DNA from: Pristiophorus japonicus
Taxonomy: Eukaryota
DNA: 64,000 bases
Assembly (NCBI RefSeq): GCF_044704955.1
Contig: NC_091999.1
Span: forward strand, 24,056,001-24,120,000
Reading direction: 5' to 3'
This document shows positions 12,136 through 25,799 of this stretch, piece after piece (the stretch's first letter is position 1; each line of letters begins with the position of its first letter). Below the pieces are notes generated by a model. That model worked only from the letters and a program-made list of their open reading frames with translations. It was not told the DNA's origin and searched no databases. The position numbers were made by a program, and so were the translations under genes.

Positions 12136-13749
12136 TCCAAGTCACACTGCTCGAAGGGGAAGATAAATGACTTGCATCCAAACGCGATTGTTACTTTTGT
12201 CTTCTTTGTAAAATGACAAAGTCTGGGCATAATTTGTTTGTGAAATTAAAACTGATTTTATATATATATATATTGCTAAGCATCACTGGTCAAACCTATG
12301 GGAAGGAAAATTTAGCTGAAAATTGAGATAATTAAGTTTTATTTTTGAAAAAGTCCTGTCTCTGTGGTTATGTCCAAACTATGTATTCAGAAATAAGTTT
12401 TTGGGGGCGACTGTTATGCTAAAGGTAACTAACATCCTTCCTCTTGGAGACTGAATTGCTCTCTGGCATATTTTGGAGAATAAAAGGTCCAAGAAGAGGT
12501 TCGGTTAAATAAAATTAAACAAAGAAACTGGGTCAAAACTTGGACCAAGTGGGAATGTTTGATCGATGTTTAAAGACAGTATGATAATATTGTATTTGAC
12601 AGAAAAGTTCCTCCGTGCTCATGAATGAAATGGTGAACACTGTATAAAATGTAATGAGAGGAAATGAGTGAGGATATAAGAAGAAAACAGGAAAGTTACA
12701 CCTCCAAATAGAAATGTTTCTTAACTCATTGTTCCTGGGTGAATTGTCATAAATCACCTGGGTACAATCTGGTGTTAATGTAAATTCTTGTTAAAGTCAG
12801 GGATGTGTAGGAAATTGCTAAGATTTCTCTGAGATGTTTGTGTCATTGCCTACACTGAACAATAAGAAAACTGAATTTGATCATCTGGTCACTACCCGAG
12901 ACATCGGGACCGTGCAGAGGGAGATGAGCAAAGATCTTCAGACACCCCACGATCTTTTGATAAGATCACCTCAAATGGCTTGGATCAGATGTCACATGTG
13001 GCATGATACTGGGATACCGCTGCGTGTGTGTGTGAACGAGTCTCAGGCATGCTCAGTTATCGACAACAGCACAACATGAAATGACTAATGTGGCACAGGA
13101 GAGTGAGAGAACTTTTTAAACCATCAAGGTCGTCACACATTCTCCATAGAGAAAGCGACTTTGAAATAATCCGGATAGAGTTAAACACACTGCTACCTGT
13201 CAGAGGCATTAGAATTAACAGGAGCGAGAATGCTGACCAAATTAGGATTTCCTTACAGCTGGAATGGTCATCAGTTTCAAGGCCTCCACTAAGTACTGAA
13301 CAATGAAAGCTTGTAGAGAGGCTAAAAACAAAAAAAGTCAGCCTGTCTCTGTCTGGAAAAGGTGGCCATGGCTGTGTACAGATCAGCTACAAGCTGAAGG
13401 TGGGAGATAAGGAGGCCAGACCTTACAAGCTCCATAAAAAAAACATGGATCCAAGTGAGAGGCGATCTCCAGTAGGAAACAGAGGACCTCAAAAGAGTTA
13501 GTTTTGGAATCCGTGATAAACCGAGGTATAGACCCTCAAAAGCATAATTTTAGTGGTAATAGAGAAATAACCCTAAAGCGTGCTCCTTGGGAAGATTAGG
13601 AGACCAGGAAGACTCCCCTGAACCAGGTGGGTTGGAACACATCCTGACCCCAAACACTAAATTAATAGTGTTCACTTAAAGAGTTAGTATCACTCCAGGA
13701 CAATAAGTAATTCAAGACCATTATAACATACTTCAATACAAACTTAAAA

Positions 13750-15290
13750 GGTAATGACGGCAGGTTATTTTAAAGTAAGAAATATTGTATGTTGATCAGT
13801 AATGTTAACTGTTGGTTTGCCAAGTACAAACGCTGATCGTGATCATCATATGTGGGACTTAAATAAAATGACATCCCACCTCACAAAAAGAACTCGACCT
13901 GTCCCATCCAGTAAAAGAACCCACATTTAATGGACTAGAAGTAACTGAATCAGGAAATGTATTATATAACAATGTGTGTTTTTAAATTGTTCATTGAAAT
14001 CAAAAGTTTTAAACATGAGCTTGAATCTATCAACTAGATTATGTGAAGGGAGATATTCACAATTAATAGACAAAATGGGAAGAGAATTAGTAAATAATGT
14101 GTTAGTAAAGAAGAGAAAACAGGAACCAAGGGATGAGGAAGATGGAGAACACAAGGAGAATCAGTTTAAATCACAAGGAAAGTGAGAGCTGACAGGATAG
14201 CTCAGAATAGGAGCCACAGCAAGGTTAGCAGGAGTAAACAGAATAGATATAGAAAGTGAATGGGAACACGATGTGGCTTACTGGAGGTATCATGTGTAGC
14301 CTCTGTGACATTTATGATGAATGTGATACAGAAGGGACTGGACAAGAGAGAGAGTAATCAAATCCCTTTGTTTATTCATGAAGAACACATGAGAAAATGG
14401 TTTAGGGCAACCAAGTCATAGGCTTTGATGTGATGCCGACAATAGGATTGGGGATTTTGGCTCGTAGGGAAGAAGAAAGAAGTGAAGATATTAGACCATT
14501 GGGATTGGTCTTGCCTTTGCTAAGGAAAAATGGAAATGAAACGAAATCTTGGCCGGTGTATAGGGTAGAACTGTTTGCAAGGGTGGAAGACTGAGCTCGG
14601 TCCGATCCATAAGCAGTATGAGGAATATCCAAGATATCTGATTAAGAAGGGAGGAACTTGGATAGCACCAGATATGCAGTGTTGTACTCTGAAAGGGACA
14701 ACATGGGTTTATAGATGCTCCAGCTTGTGGGTTCACCCTCGACAAATAATCTCCAGAATGCCAGATTGAAATAAGTAAATGGGGTGAAGGCCAAACTAAT
14801 ACCGTGTATAAAGGAAAAGGACAGTATTGTGTGACTACTACTGTCACGTATATGACTGTGGGTTAAACCGATGCCCCATACTAGAACATCACTTTAGCTT
14901 GATTCCACCGAGGAACACATGTATCGCTGCTAAACATTGGTTCTGGCACATCAGCATGACGCAACTTATCTCTTATCTGCAGACAAGACTGCCTCTGGAG
15001 GATGAAGCCATTCAAGTCATTCCACATATAGGACACTATATTCTCCTTGTTTCTGGCTTTAAAGCTCATAATTCAGCGAATTAGGACATCCCAGAAACAC
15101 ACAGTGCAAATGATATCGACGAATAGAAAGACAGAACAGGCAATCCCGAGACATGAGAATCAGGAATGGAGGAAAGTAGTATCTAATTAGATTGTTCCAG
15201 CTGGGATTGGTGATAGCACGGATAATAGCTTCAGGGATTCTGGGCATTGCATTATGCTGTAAGGAAGTCAATAAGAGACATTGAAAATAT
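13750..15290 (+). pseudogene. env: Degraded retroviral env of ERV-S/Loki (F-glycoprotein-like) type
   Basis: GLEVTESGNVLYNNV; K*ELTG*LRIGATARLAGVNRIDIES (decayed cleavage site plus fusion peptide at 14180); Cys motifs APDMQCCTLKG and YKGKGQYCVTT; hydrophobic anchor LGLVIARIIASGILGIALCC. Confidence 0.55.
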
Positions 15291-17924
15291 AAGGAAAGGG
15301 AAGGACACTGAGAGGAAACCAGGATTAGTAAAGACAAAGAAGGATATAAAACACTTTGTCAACATGTAATGTAACCCATAAAAAAAAAACCTCTGGGACA
15401 GGTTGACACGTGGACCCTGGTTAATTCAGCTTCTGAAAGGGGTTTATGTTTAATTCATTCGATAGTGGGATAAATGTAGTTCATATTATTAGGGAGAGAG
15501 AGACAGATTTCACTGAGCAACAGCTGGTGTTTTGTGACCAACCAGGCTTCGATATTCATAATAGAATGGATTAGAAATATTGTTAGGATAAGTAAAGTCC
15601 AGAACTAGTGGTTTATGATCACCTTGGCCAGGCCGCAATGCTTCTAAATGTGTTGCTGTTGTAAACTTGTGTCTCTGGACTATGCAGTAGCCAGAGACTA
15701 CCATATTAGGCAATGCCGGCTCCAGTTTGATAAGAAAACAGTCTATAAATGTAAGCTTTTTCCTTTGTTCGTTAGCATGGAGATACCCGTGCCTGGTTAC
15801 ACGTGCTCCATCTGTGACTATATTCCACTTGTAAATTGCTTTTCATGCTGATGGTAAAGAATAAATTGATTATAAACAGAAGACTGAATTCGTTACTACT
15901 CAAGTGAACAAACAGAAGTTTGTTTTAAATCAACACTTGGTTATTTTTTTTTAAGTTTGGAACTTCATAACTTCCTTAAGAATTAAAAATCCGTTAAAAC
16001 AGCAAAATCATTAGTAAAGCTATCATTATTATCCTTGAATAAAACATAGCGTAGTTAATTTCAATAGCTCCAATTTAATTCAGACCAATATTTTATTAAC
16101 TAAACAATACAGAACAGATAAAATGAAACAAAATAGCACATGCTTACAGAACACAGTAAATTACATCATTGTTACCTTCAGGTGCTTTTCCAAATGACTA
16201 AAAATACTGACTATGAGTAGACAAATATTGATTTAATTTGTTTAAATGTGAAAAAACAAAGTGCTTTGGAAATTTCAAACCAAGCATCAGGCACATGGCA
16301 ACCGTAACTTCAAGGCTGAAGCTTATCTTTTGTAAAACAAACTCGTCTGACTTTCAGAGTTGCACAGCTTGCCCCAGTCAAAATATATCCACAGCAGCGT
16401 CTTTAACTTCAAAATGTAAATCACAAAGATCCACTGCTACTAGTTCCACAATCTGAATTGAAATGAACATACTCAACACATCCACACTTCTGTAAAACTC
16501 CCAACATCCAAGACAACAAAGGGTTAAATGGCTTTGAGCTCCATGCAGAGAAAAGTGGGTGAAGCTAAAACAAACATAACAGATGCTTTTTTCAAAGACA
16601 GACTTTCAGACAAAAGGAATACTGTAAATTCTTAAACAGTCATGGTCAGGAAAACTTCCACTCTAATATAATTCACCCAAACTTAAATTCCAGCATCCTT
16701 TCAGGTTCCTTTCACTCAGTAATCTTGTGCTTTATTTTTCTCGGCACAGACACTGACAGCTTCAGTGTTGGTTTCAACTTTAAGTTCCCCTTTTTCACCT
16801 TTTAAATTGTCATCTCAGTAACTTATTCTCTAATTCTGTTTTGTCCTTCCTTTGCTGAGTTCTCGGCTGAGTTAACTTGCACCTGAGATCTTTTTCCCTC
16901 TCTGTCTCGCCTGTTCCTTATGCTTCTCCTCTCTCACCTGTTAATTTCTCAAGTCTGTGCACAGAGGTGGTTTGCGTAAACCAATATACGCTTCCCTTTG
17001 TCAAATTGGAACTTGCCCTCGTCAATTTGACTCTGGACCCAATCGACCGATTTTCAGTACGAGTCACCTTGTGGACTCGCAAGGAATGATGTCAAGTGAG
17101 TGGTATGGAGCAGCTTCACATGTTCATTGTTCCTGGCACATTCTGTCAGGTTAGCCATGCTTAGCAAACCCATCGCTCAATTATTGATAGATTAGTCCTA
17201 CATCTCCCAGAAATTCTCCATCCTGGATTGATAGCCTGGCTGAGTAAAACGAGTTGGCCATAGATCTACGGACCCCAGTTCCACTGAACAAAATATTGAT
17301 TAATTACTATCTGTCAAGTCAATTTGTTGAGTTTTTGGGTCTGTGCCAATTCGCCCTTTCACACCTAAGTTCAGAAAGCTTTCACTTAACTCGTATTGGT
17401 GACAGTAATTATATTTTATTCAGTGAAATTGAGACACTACTCTTCACCAAACCCCGCATCCCAACTCCCCTTGCACCTCTGCCTCCAACCATCTTCATCC
17501 CAACACCTTTCACCCTTATTCTCCACCCTCACTGACCACTCCTCTTAAACCCCTCTCATCTTACAGTCATTTCAATTGAAAGGAAACAGAGAGATTGTAC
17601 CAGTCAGGATTTGAAAGATATTTACAACAGATTCTACAGGTTCTTGGACTTATGGTCTTTCTACATTCTGTCCACGTGATCAGTTAGATAACAGACATTC
17701 TCCTGTGAATACAGAGCTGGACTATTGGGCTCTGATGTGTTTATTTGTTCATTTTGGTGAATCTAAAGATTTGCCAATTAATTGATGCGATCGGTCTACT
17801 TGTTCATCTTTTGTCAAATACATTTCCTGGGTGGATTCAAATTTAAATTAAAACCAGGTTTGCAGCCATGATGCTCTATTCACACATCGAAGGTGAGAGA
17901 GATGCTATGGGGCACACGCTAAGT

Positions 17925-18530
17925 TCAGCAGTGGAAAGCCTCTCCCCAGTGTGAACTCGCTGGTGTGTCAGCAAGTGGGATGACCAAGTGAATCCCCTGC
18001 CACACTGGGCGCAGGTGAACGGCCTCTTCCCGGTGTGAACTCCCTGGTGTGTTCGCAGGCTGGATGGCTGAGTGAATCCCTTCCCCCGGTGTGACTGTGC
18101 TGATGAATGTCGAGGTTAGATGGGGAACTAAATCCCCTCCCACAGTCTCCACATTTCCACGGTTTGTCCATGGTGTGGGTATCCTTGTGTCTCTCCAGGT
18201 TGGACGCTCAGTTGAAGCCTGGTCCACACACACAACACGTGTACGGTTCTCCCCGATGTGAATGCTGCGATGTTTTTTCAGGCTGTGTAACTGGTTAAAG
18301 CTCTTTTCACAGTCAGTGCACTGGAACACTCACTCGGGTGTGTGTGCCTCGGTGCTTCTCCAGTCACACTGATGTTTGCAATTTTTACCACAGGCAGAAG
18401 AGACAAACATTTCTCCTTCTATATTGAAAGGCCGATGATATTCAGGTCCAGAGGAATCGAGTGACTCCATCAGATCTTGGTGTGACGTTTGGTTTGAGTT
18501 TTCCATCTCCAAATCCTTTGAATACCTTGT
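17925..18530 (-). pseudogene. Truncated, frameshifted C2H2 zinc-finger paralog, inverted relative to 9520-10278
   Basis: FQCTDCEKSFNQLHSLKKH and [23 protein letters not shown] in broken frames; 3' flank 17550-17925 matches 10685-11045. Confidence 0.85.
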
Positions 18531-18729
18531 AAAAGAAGTTTACAGATCTCATCACCATAAGTAAACCAAAAAAATTCAGAACAGTAAATCCTAGTTTTTA
18601 TGGAACATTTTTTCCTCTCTTGTTCCTCCAAAGCTGTAAATCGCTGCCTCCTCCTTGTGCTGAAATCCAAACACATCGCACGTCTCAAGACATTTTATCC
18701 TCCATTCCCAGTTTTCCCCACCAACTATG

Positions 18730-18915
18730 GCTGGTGTCAGTTCTACACTCCCTCTCCTACTCTGATGGTGCTGACTCTGGCTGTGTTCCGTTCTCCTTCA
18801 CTGGTTCTCCTCCATCTCTTCCCCTGATGGTGCTGACTGTGCCTGGGTTCAGTTCGACACTCACTGATTCCACTCCCTCTCCTCCCCTTATGGTGCTGAC
18901 TCTGGCTGGGTCCCT
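18730..18915 (-). repeat. ZNF-upstream tandem repeat (gagtcagcacc.tcagggga..gaacccagcca family)
   Basis: Same unit as 26701-26920 and 32425-32585. Confidence 0.75.
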
Positions 18916-19520
18916 GAAGTCCCAAGCACTCTGTGTTCATTTAAAAGGTGACCACACATGCGCTCTACGGCTCGACGAACAGCGGTAGCGGTGCACAGAT
19001 CTGCAGCGTTCCTTTACAAAGGCTGCCAACCTGGGCCTGTTCCCGTGAAAAAGTCCCAGAGCTGCAAACGTGGGACCTCAAGGTTTTAGTCAGGGTTTAG
19101 CACCAACACCAGTTACAAATGGATATGGTCTCATAGCCATTCCAGAGACATGGTTGCAAGGTGACCAAGTCTGGGAACTTAACAGTTCGGGATACTTGAC
19201 AATCCAGAAGGACAGACAGAAAAGAAAAGGAGGTGGGGTAGCTCTGATGATAAAGGATGGAATCACCGCCATCGTGAGAAACGATATTGGCTCAAATGAT
19301 CAGGATGTTGAAACACGTTTAGTTACCAACGGATGGCTATCTTTACTCTTACACCCTTTCCTCTTCACTGAAATATATTTTTCTTGAGAATTGTGAAATA
19401 TCTCCTGAAATGTACACCAACCATCCGACAATTTAATCTATTTTCCCAGTCCACTTTAGCCAACTCAGCCCTCATTCCTTCATAGTCCCCTTTATTTAAG
19501 CTTAGTACGCTGGTTAGAGA

Positions 19521-22500
19521 TCATTGAAACATCGAAAATAGGTGCAGGAATAGGCCATTCGGCTCTTCGAGCCTGCACCGCAATTCAATGAGTTCATAAG
19601 AACATAACATAAGAATTAGGAACAGGAGTAGGCCATCTAGCCCCTCGAGCCTGCTCCGCCATTCAACAAGATCATGGCTGATCTGGCCGTGGACTCAGCT
19701 CCACTTACCCGCCTGCTCCCCATAACCCTTAATTCCCTTATTAGTTAAAAATCTATCTATCTGTGACTTGAATACATTCAATGAGCTAGCCTCAACTGCT
19801 TCTTTGGGCAGATAATTCCACAGATTCACAACCCTGTCGGAGAAGAAATTCCTTCTCAACTCGGTTTTAAATTGGCTCCCCCGTATTTTGAGGCTGTGCC
19901 CCCTAGTTCTAGTCTCCCCGACCAGTGGAAACAACCTCTCTGCCTCTATCTTGTCTATCCCTTTCATTATTTTAAATGTTTCTATTAGATCACCCCTCAT
20001 CCTTCTGAACTCCAACGAGAAAAGACCCAGTTTACTCAATCTATCATCATAAGGTAAACCCCTCATCTCCGGAATCAATCTAGTAAATCGTCTCTGTACC
20101 CCCTCCAAAGCCAGTATATCCTTCCTTAAGTAAGGCAACCAAAACTGCACGCAGTACTCCAGGAACGGCCTCACCAATACCCTATACAGTTGCAGAAGGA
20201 CCTCCCTACTTTTGTACTCCATCCCTCTCGCAATGAAGGCCAACATTGCATTCGCCTTCCTGATTACCTGCTGCACCTGCAAACTAACTTTTTGGGATTC
20301 ATGCACAAGGACCTCCAGGTCCCTCTGCATCGCAGCATGTTGTAATTTCTCCCCATTCAAATAGTATTCCCAATTTTTTTTTTCCCCCAAGGTGGATGAC
20401 CTCACACTTTCCGACATTGTATTCCATCATGGCTGAACATTCAACTTCAGTACCCCATTCCTACTTTCTCGCCATACCCCTTGATCCGCCTAGCAGTAAG
20501 GACTACATCGAACTCCTTTTTGAATATATTGAGTGAATTGGCCTCAACAACTTTCTGTGGTGGAGAATTCCATAGGTTCGCCACTCTGAGTGAAGAAGTT
20601 TCTCCTCAACTCTGTCATAAGTGGCTTACCCCTTATCCTTAGACTGTGACCCCTGGTTCTGGACTTCCCCAACATTTTTGAACATTCTTCCTGCATCTAA
20701 CCTGTCATTCTCCTCTCATTCTTCTGAACTCGTGAATACAAGCCCAGTTGATCCAATCTTTCTTGATATGTCAGTCCCGCCATCCCGGGAATCAGTCTGG
20801 TGAATCTTCGCTGCACTCCCTCAATAGCAAGAATGTCCCTCCTCAAGTTAGGAGACCAAAACTGTACACAATACTCCAGTGTGGCCTCACCAAGGCCCTG
20901 TACACTGTAGTAACACATCCCTGCCCAGTACTCAAATCCCCTAGCTATGAAGGCCAACATGCCAGTAGCTTTCTTAACCGCCTGCATACCAACCTTCAAT
21001 GACTGATGTACCATGACACTCAGGTCTCGTTGCACCTTCCCTTTTCCTAATCTGTCACCATTCAGATAATAGTCTGTCTCTCTGTTTTTACCACCAAAGT
21101 GGATAACCTCACATTTATCCACATTATACTTCATCTGCCATGCATTTTCCCACTCACCTAACCTATCCAAGTCACTCTGCAGTCTCATAGCATCCTCCTC
21201 GCAGCTCCCACTGCCACCCAACTTAGTGTCATCCGCAAATTTGGAGATACTATATTTAATCCCCTCGTCTAAATCATTAATGTACAATGTAAACAGATGG
21301 GGCGCAAACACAGAACCTTGCGGTACCCCACTAGTCACTGCCTGCCATTCTGAAAAGTATCAATTTACTCCTACTCTTTGCTTACTGTCTGCCAACCAGT
21401 TCTCAATCCACGTCAGCACACTATCGCCAATCCCATGTGCTTTAACTTTGCACATTAATCTCTTGTGTGGGACCTTGTCGAAAGGCTTCTGAAAGTTCAA
21501 ATACACCACATCAACTAGTTCTCCCTTGTCCACTCTACTGGAAACATCCTCAAAAATTTCCAAAAGATTTGTCAAGCATGATTTCCCTTTCACAAATCCA
21601 TGCTGACTTGGACCTATCATGTCACCTCTTTCCAAATGCGCTGCTATGACATCCTTAATAATTGATTCCATCATTTTACCCACTTTCGATGTCAGGCTGA
21701 CTGTTCGATAATTCCCTGTTCTCCCTCCCTCATTTTTAAAAAGTGGAGTTACATTGGCTACCCTCCACTCGATAGCAACTGATCCAGAGTCTATGGAATG
21801 TTGGAAAATGACTGTCAATGCATCCGCTATTTCCAAGGCCACCTCCTTACGTACTCTGGGATGCAGTCCATCAGGCCCTGGGGATTTATCGGCCTTCAAT
21901 CCAATCATTTTCCCCAACACAATTTCCCAACTAATAAGGATTTCCCTCAGTTCGTCCTTCTTACTAGACCCTCTGACCCCTTGTATATCCGGAAGGTTGT
22001 TTGTGTCCTCCTTAGTGAATACCGAACCAAAGTACTTGTTCAATTGGTCTGCCATTTCTTTGTTCCCCGTTATGACTGCCCCTGATTCTGAGTGCAGGGG
22101 ACCTACGTTTGTCTTTACTAATCTTTTTCTCATTACATATCTATAGAAGCTTTTGCAGTGCGTTTTAATGTTCCCTGCAAGCTTCTTCTCGTACTCTATT
22201 TTCCCTGCCCTAATCAAACCTTTTGTCCTCCTCTGCGGAGTTCTAAATTTAGCCCAGTCCCTGTGTTCGCTGCTATTTCTGGCCAATTTGCATGTCACTT
22301 CCTTGGCTTTAATACTGTCCCTGATTTCCCTTGATAGCCACGATTGAGCCACCTTCCCTTTTTATGTTTACGCCAGGCAGGGATGTACAATTGTTGTAGT
22401 TCATCCATGCGGTCTCTAAATGTCTGTCATTGCCCATCCACTGTCAACCCCTTAAGTATCATTCGTCAATCTATCCTAGCCAATTCACGCCGCATACCTT

Positions 22501-23250
22501 CAAAGTTACCTTTCTTTAAGATTGGACCATGGTCTCTGAATTAACTGTTTCATTCTCCATCCTAATGCAAAATTCCACCATATTTTGGTCACTCTTCCCC
22601 AAGGGGCCTCACATTACACATTCCTCGCTCATTGCACAACCCTCAGTCTAAGATGGCCTCCCCCCTAGTTGGTTCCTCGACATATTGATCTAGAAAACCA
22701 TCCCTTATGCACTCCAGGAAATCCTCCTCCACCATATTGTTTCCAGTTTTGTTAGCCGAATCTATATGCATATTGAAGTCACCCATGATAACTGCAGCAC
22801 CTTTATTGCATGCACCCCTAATTTCCCCTGTTTGATGCCCTCCCCAACATCACTACTACTGTTTGGACGTCTGTACACAACTCCCACTAACGTTTTTTGC
22901 CCTTTGGTGTTCTGCAGCTCGACCCATATAGATTCCACATCATCCAAGCTAATGTCCTTCCTAACTATTGCATTAATCTCCTCTTTCACCAGCAATGCTA
23001 CCCCAGCTCCTTTTCCTTTTATTCTATCCTTCCTGAATGTTGAATACCCGTGGATGTTGAGTTCCCAGCCCTGATCATCCTGGAGCCACGTTTCTGTAAT
23101 CCCAATCACATCATATCTGCTAACATCTATTTGCACAGTTAATTCATCCACCTTTTTACGGATACTCCTTGCATTAAGACACAGAGCCTTCAGCTTTGTC
23201 TTTTTAACACACATTGTCACGTTATAATTTTGCTGTAATGTGGCCCTTGG
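19521..23250 (-). mobile_element. Long CR1-type LINE ORF2 (EN+RT), decayed, interrupted by a nested CR1
   Basis: CLNARSIRKK..GITETWL (EN), KSPGPDG, GVPQGSV, SKFADDTKL (RT). Confidence 0.92.
19598..20428 (-). mobile_element. Younger CR1 3' fragment nested in the 3' UTR of the outer CR1
   Basis: 240-aa ORF 19695-20417; the outer sequence gagttcat|ggctgaac is split (intact version at about 57040). Confidence 0.85.
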
Positions 23251-23349
23251 GATTCTCTGCCCTCCACTTTTACTATTCTCCTTTCTCTCTTTTGCCTCTG
23301 TCTCCCTTTTATTTCCCTCTGCCTCCCTACATAGGTTCCCATCCCCCTG

Positions 23350-23735
23350 CCATCTGAATTTGAAATTGAATCATGCTACTGATTCCAAGGGGATCTTTTA
23401 CTTGGAGATTGTTTATTAATCCTGTCTCATGACACAGGACCAGATCTAAGATAGCTTGCCCCCTGGTTGGTTCCGTTATATACTGTTCAAGGAACCCATC
23501 CCTTATGCACTCGATGAACTCTTCCTCAAGGCTACCTGACCAATTTGATTTGTCCAATCAATATAGAGATTAAAATTACCCATGATTATTGCTGTTCCCT
23601 TTTTACTAGCCCCCACTATTTCCTGGTTTATACTCTGACCAACAGAGTTGCTGCTGTTCGGGGGCCTATAGAATACACCCACCAAGTGACTTTTTCCCTT
23701 TATTATTCCTTATCTCCACCCAAACTGTTTCAGCA
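23350..23735 (-). mobile_element. Second CR1 endonuclease fragment
   Basis: GVFYRPPNS..IIMGNFN; EPTRGQAILDLVL. Confidence 0.8.
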
Positions 23736-23925
23736 CACAGCCGATTTAATTAACTGATTCTCCTTAGATAATAAAGATCACAAATATTTAATTGCAGTTC
23801 CAAACCTACAACAATACCAAAGATTTCTTAAAGAAAAAAAAGTCACATATCCACCAGCCAATCACTTACCTGCTTGGCTGTGACGTCACACTTCGATTTT
23901 TTTTCCACTTTCTGTTCCTGCTGCA

Positions 23926-24540
23926 GCTGGCCTCCTCCTGACTGCTGCACTTTGTACTCCCGCGTCCGCTCAGGTCTCGCGATGCTGGCCTCCTCCTGAC
24001 TGCTGCACTTTGTACTCCCGCGTCCGCTCAGGTCTCGCGATGCTGGCCTCCTCCTGACTGCTGCCCTTTGTACTCCCGCGTCCGCTCAGGTCTCGCGATG
24101 CTGGCCTCCTCCTGACTGCCACTCTTTGTCCTCCCGCGTCCGCTCAGGTCTCGCGATGCTGGCCTCCTCCTGACTGCTGCCCTTTGTACTCCCGCGTTCA
24201 CTCAGGTCTCGCGATGCTGGCCTCCTCCTGACTGCTGCCCTTTGTACGTCGCGTCCGCTCAGGTCTCGCGATGCTGGCCTCCTCCTGACTGCTGCCCTTT
24301 GTACTCCCGCGTCCGCACAGGTCTCGCGATGCTGGCCTCCACCTGACTGTTGCCCTTTGTACTCCCGCGTCCGCACAGGTCTCGCGATGCTGGCCTCCTC
24401 CTGACTGCTGCCCTTTGTACTCCCGCATCCAATCAAGTCTCGCGATGCTGGCCTCCTCCTGACTGCCGCTGCTCCAAGCTGCCACTCCCCTTTGTGCTCC
24501 CGCGCCCGCTCAGGTCTTGCGATGCTGGCCTCCTCCCGAC
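23926..24540. repeat. 58-bp CpG-rich tandem repeat (about 10 copies)
   Basis: gctggcctcctcctgactgctgccctttgtactcccgcgtccgctcaggtctcgcgat, period 58. Confidence 0.92.
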
Positions 24541-24664
24541 TATTCCACAGAAGCACGGGGTTTGTCTGCTTTTATTCATGAATTTAACAAGTCTATATTA
24601 AAAGGATGAATTTAAAAAATCTGCATTAAAATGTGAGCCAGTGGGTTGTGAGCCCCAGAGCCTT

Positions 24665-25020
24665 GTGTCCACGGCAAACGAGCCAAATGTGGGCAGCAGA
24701 AATGTTACAAGGACACCCTCACAGCTTCCCTGATAAAGTGCGACATCACCACTGACACCTGGGAGTCCCTGGCCAAAGACTGCCCTGGATGGAAAAAGTG
24801 CATCCAGGAGTGCATTGAACACTTCGAGTCTCAATGCCGAGAGCATGAAGAGGTCAAGCGCAGGCAGCGGAAGGAGTGTGCAGCAAACCTGTCCTACCCA
24901 CCAGTGACACAGTCTGTGGTTCCCGTATTGGACTGTTTAGCCACGAAATAACTCACTTCAGGAGTGGAAGCAAGTCTTCCTCGATTCCGAAGGACTGCCT
25001 ATGATGATGTTGATGATGTG
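24665..25020 (+). mobile_element. RTE-clade LINE 3' end
   Basis: gggcagcagaaatgttacaaggacaccctc...acctgggagtccctggcc (GQQKCYKDTL..TWESLA) and (ATG)n tail. Confidence 0.6.
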
Positions 25021-25059
25021 TCCAAAAGGGCCTACAATAAAGGCCCATAGCCTCCCCTG

Positions 25060-25660
25060 GCCCCAGGCCCTGAACAAGGGACTGCACAAGGTCGCGCCAT
25101 GCGGCTCAGACAATCAGCAGCACAAATCCCGCCCCTCGGGCTCCCCAATTGGTTGGAGGACCCGCCGCTGGCTCGTTCCTCCAACCCCGGCCCGCTCGCT
25201 CTGCATTGGTTGGAAGCTCCCATCAATCAGGCCCGGTCACATGTCCTCGAGCGCGCTCCGCCAAACTGGTGGAAACTGGTCTCGGGGACCCGGATGGGCG
25301 GACTCTCGAGTTTGGATTTCCCATTATTCTTTACCTATTCCCCCCGCCCACCCCCCGCGCAATTCTCTACCCATTCGGAGTGGAAGAAAGTCACTTTGCA
25401 TCACCGCTCACGGCACTTTAACGGACTTTCCCCAGAAGGCGCCGCACCGACTCCACACCACAGGATCCGAGTGCACAGGCGCAGCTCCGAGTGTGGGGGG
25501 GAGGAGGTGGTTGGTGTCCCCTGGGCATGCGCGACTATTACCGATGGCGATCGTGAGGGGGGGGCGCTGTGCCGGACGTGTTTCCCGGTGTGCATGCGCA
25601 GAATCTCGGCTGTCAATCACCAATCAGGCAGCTCAGCTGCTGGTGAGACCTGTGACATCA
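25060..25660. promoter_or_regulatory. CpG-island promoter-like region upstream of the third ZNF copy
   Basis: CpG-rich; several ATTGG/CCAAT boxes, GC boxes, gcatgcgc motifs; possible donor ctg/gtgaga near 25643. Confidence 0.5.
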
Positions 25661-25799
25661 TCGAATCCCAGACATTGACAGCACAGGAGGAGGCCATTCG
25701 GCCCACCGTGTCACTGCCGGCTGGCACAGAGTTCTGCAGCCTAATCCCACTGTACAGCTCTTGGTCTGTAGCTCTGTAGGTTATGGCACAATAAAGAAA

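Larger units (their letters stand above)
11045..15935 (+). mobile_element. Decayed LTR retroelement/ERV: partial 5' LTR 11045-11400, 3' LTR about 15401-15935, env remnant, no recognisable pol
   Basis: Diverged direct repeats (ggttaattcagcttctgaaagg...ctggactatgc..gactaccatattag); termini TGTTG...CAACA; TATA-like ctataaat and AATAAA in the right copy. Confidence 0.6.

Noticed and set aside
15940-17450. Possible gag-like coiled-coil remnant on the minus strand
   Set aside because: Too many stops and no diagnostic motif, PBS or LTR that could be supported.
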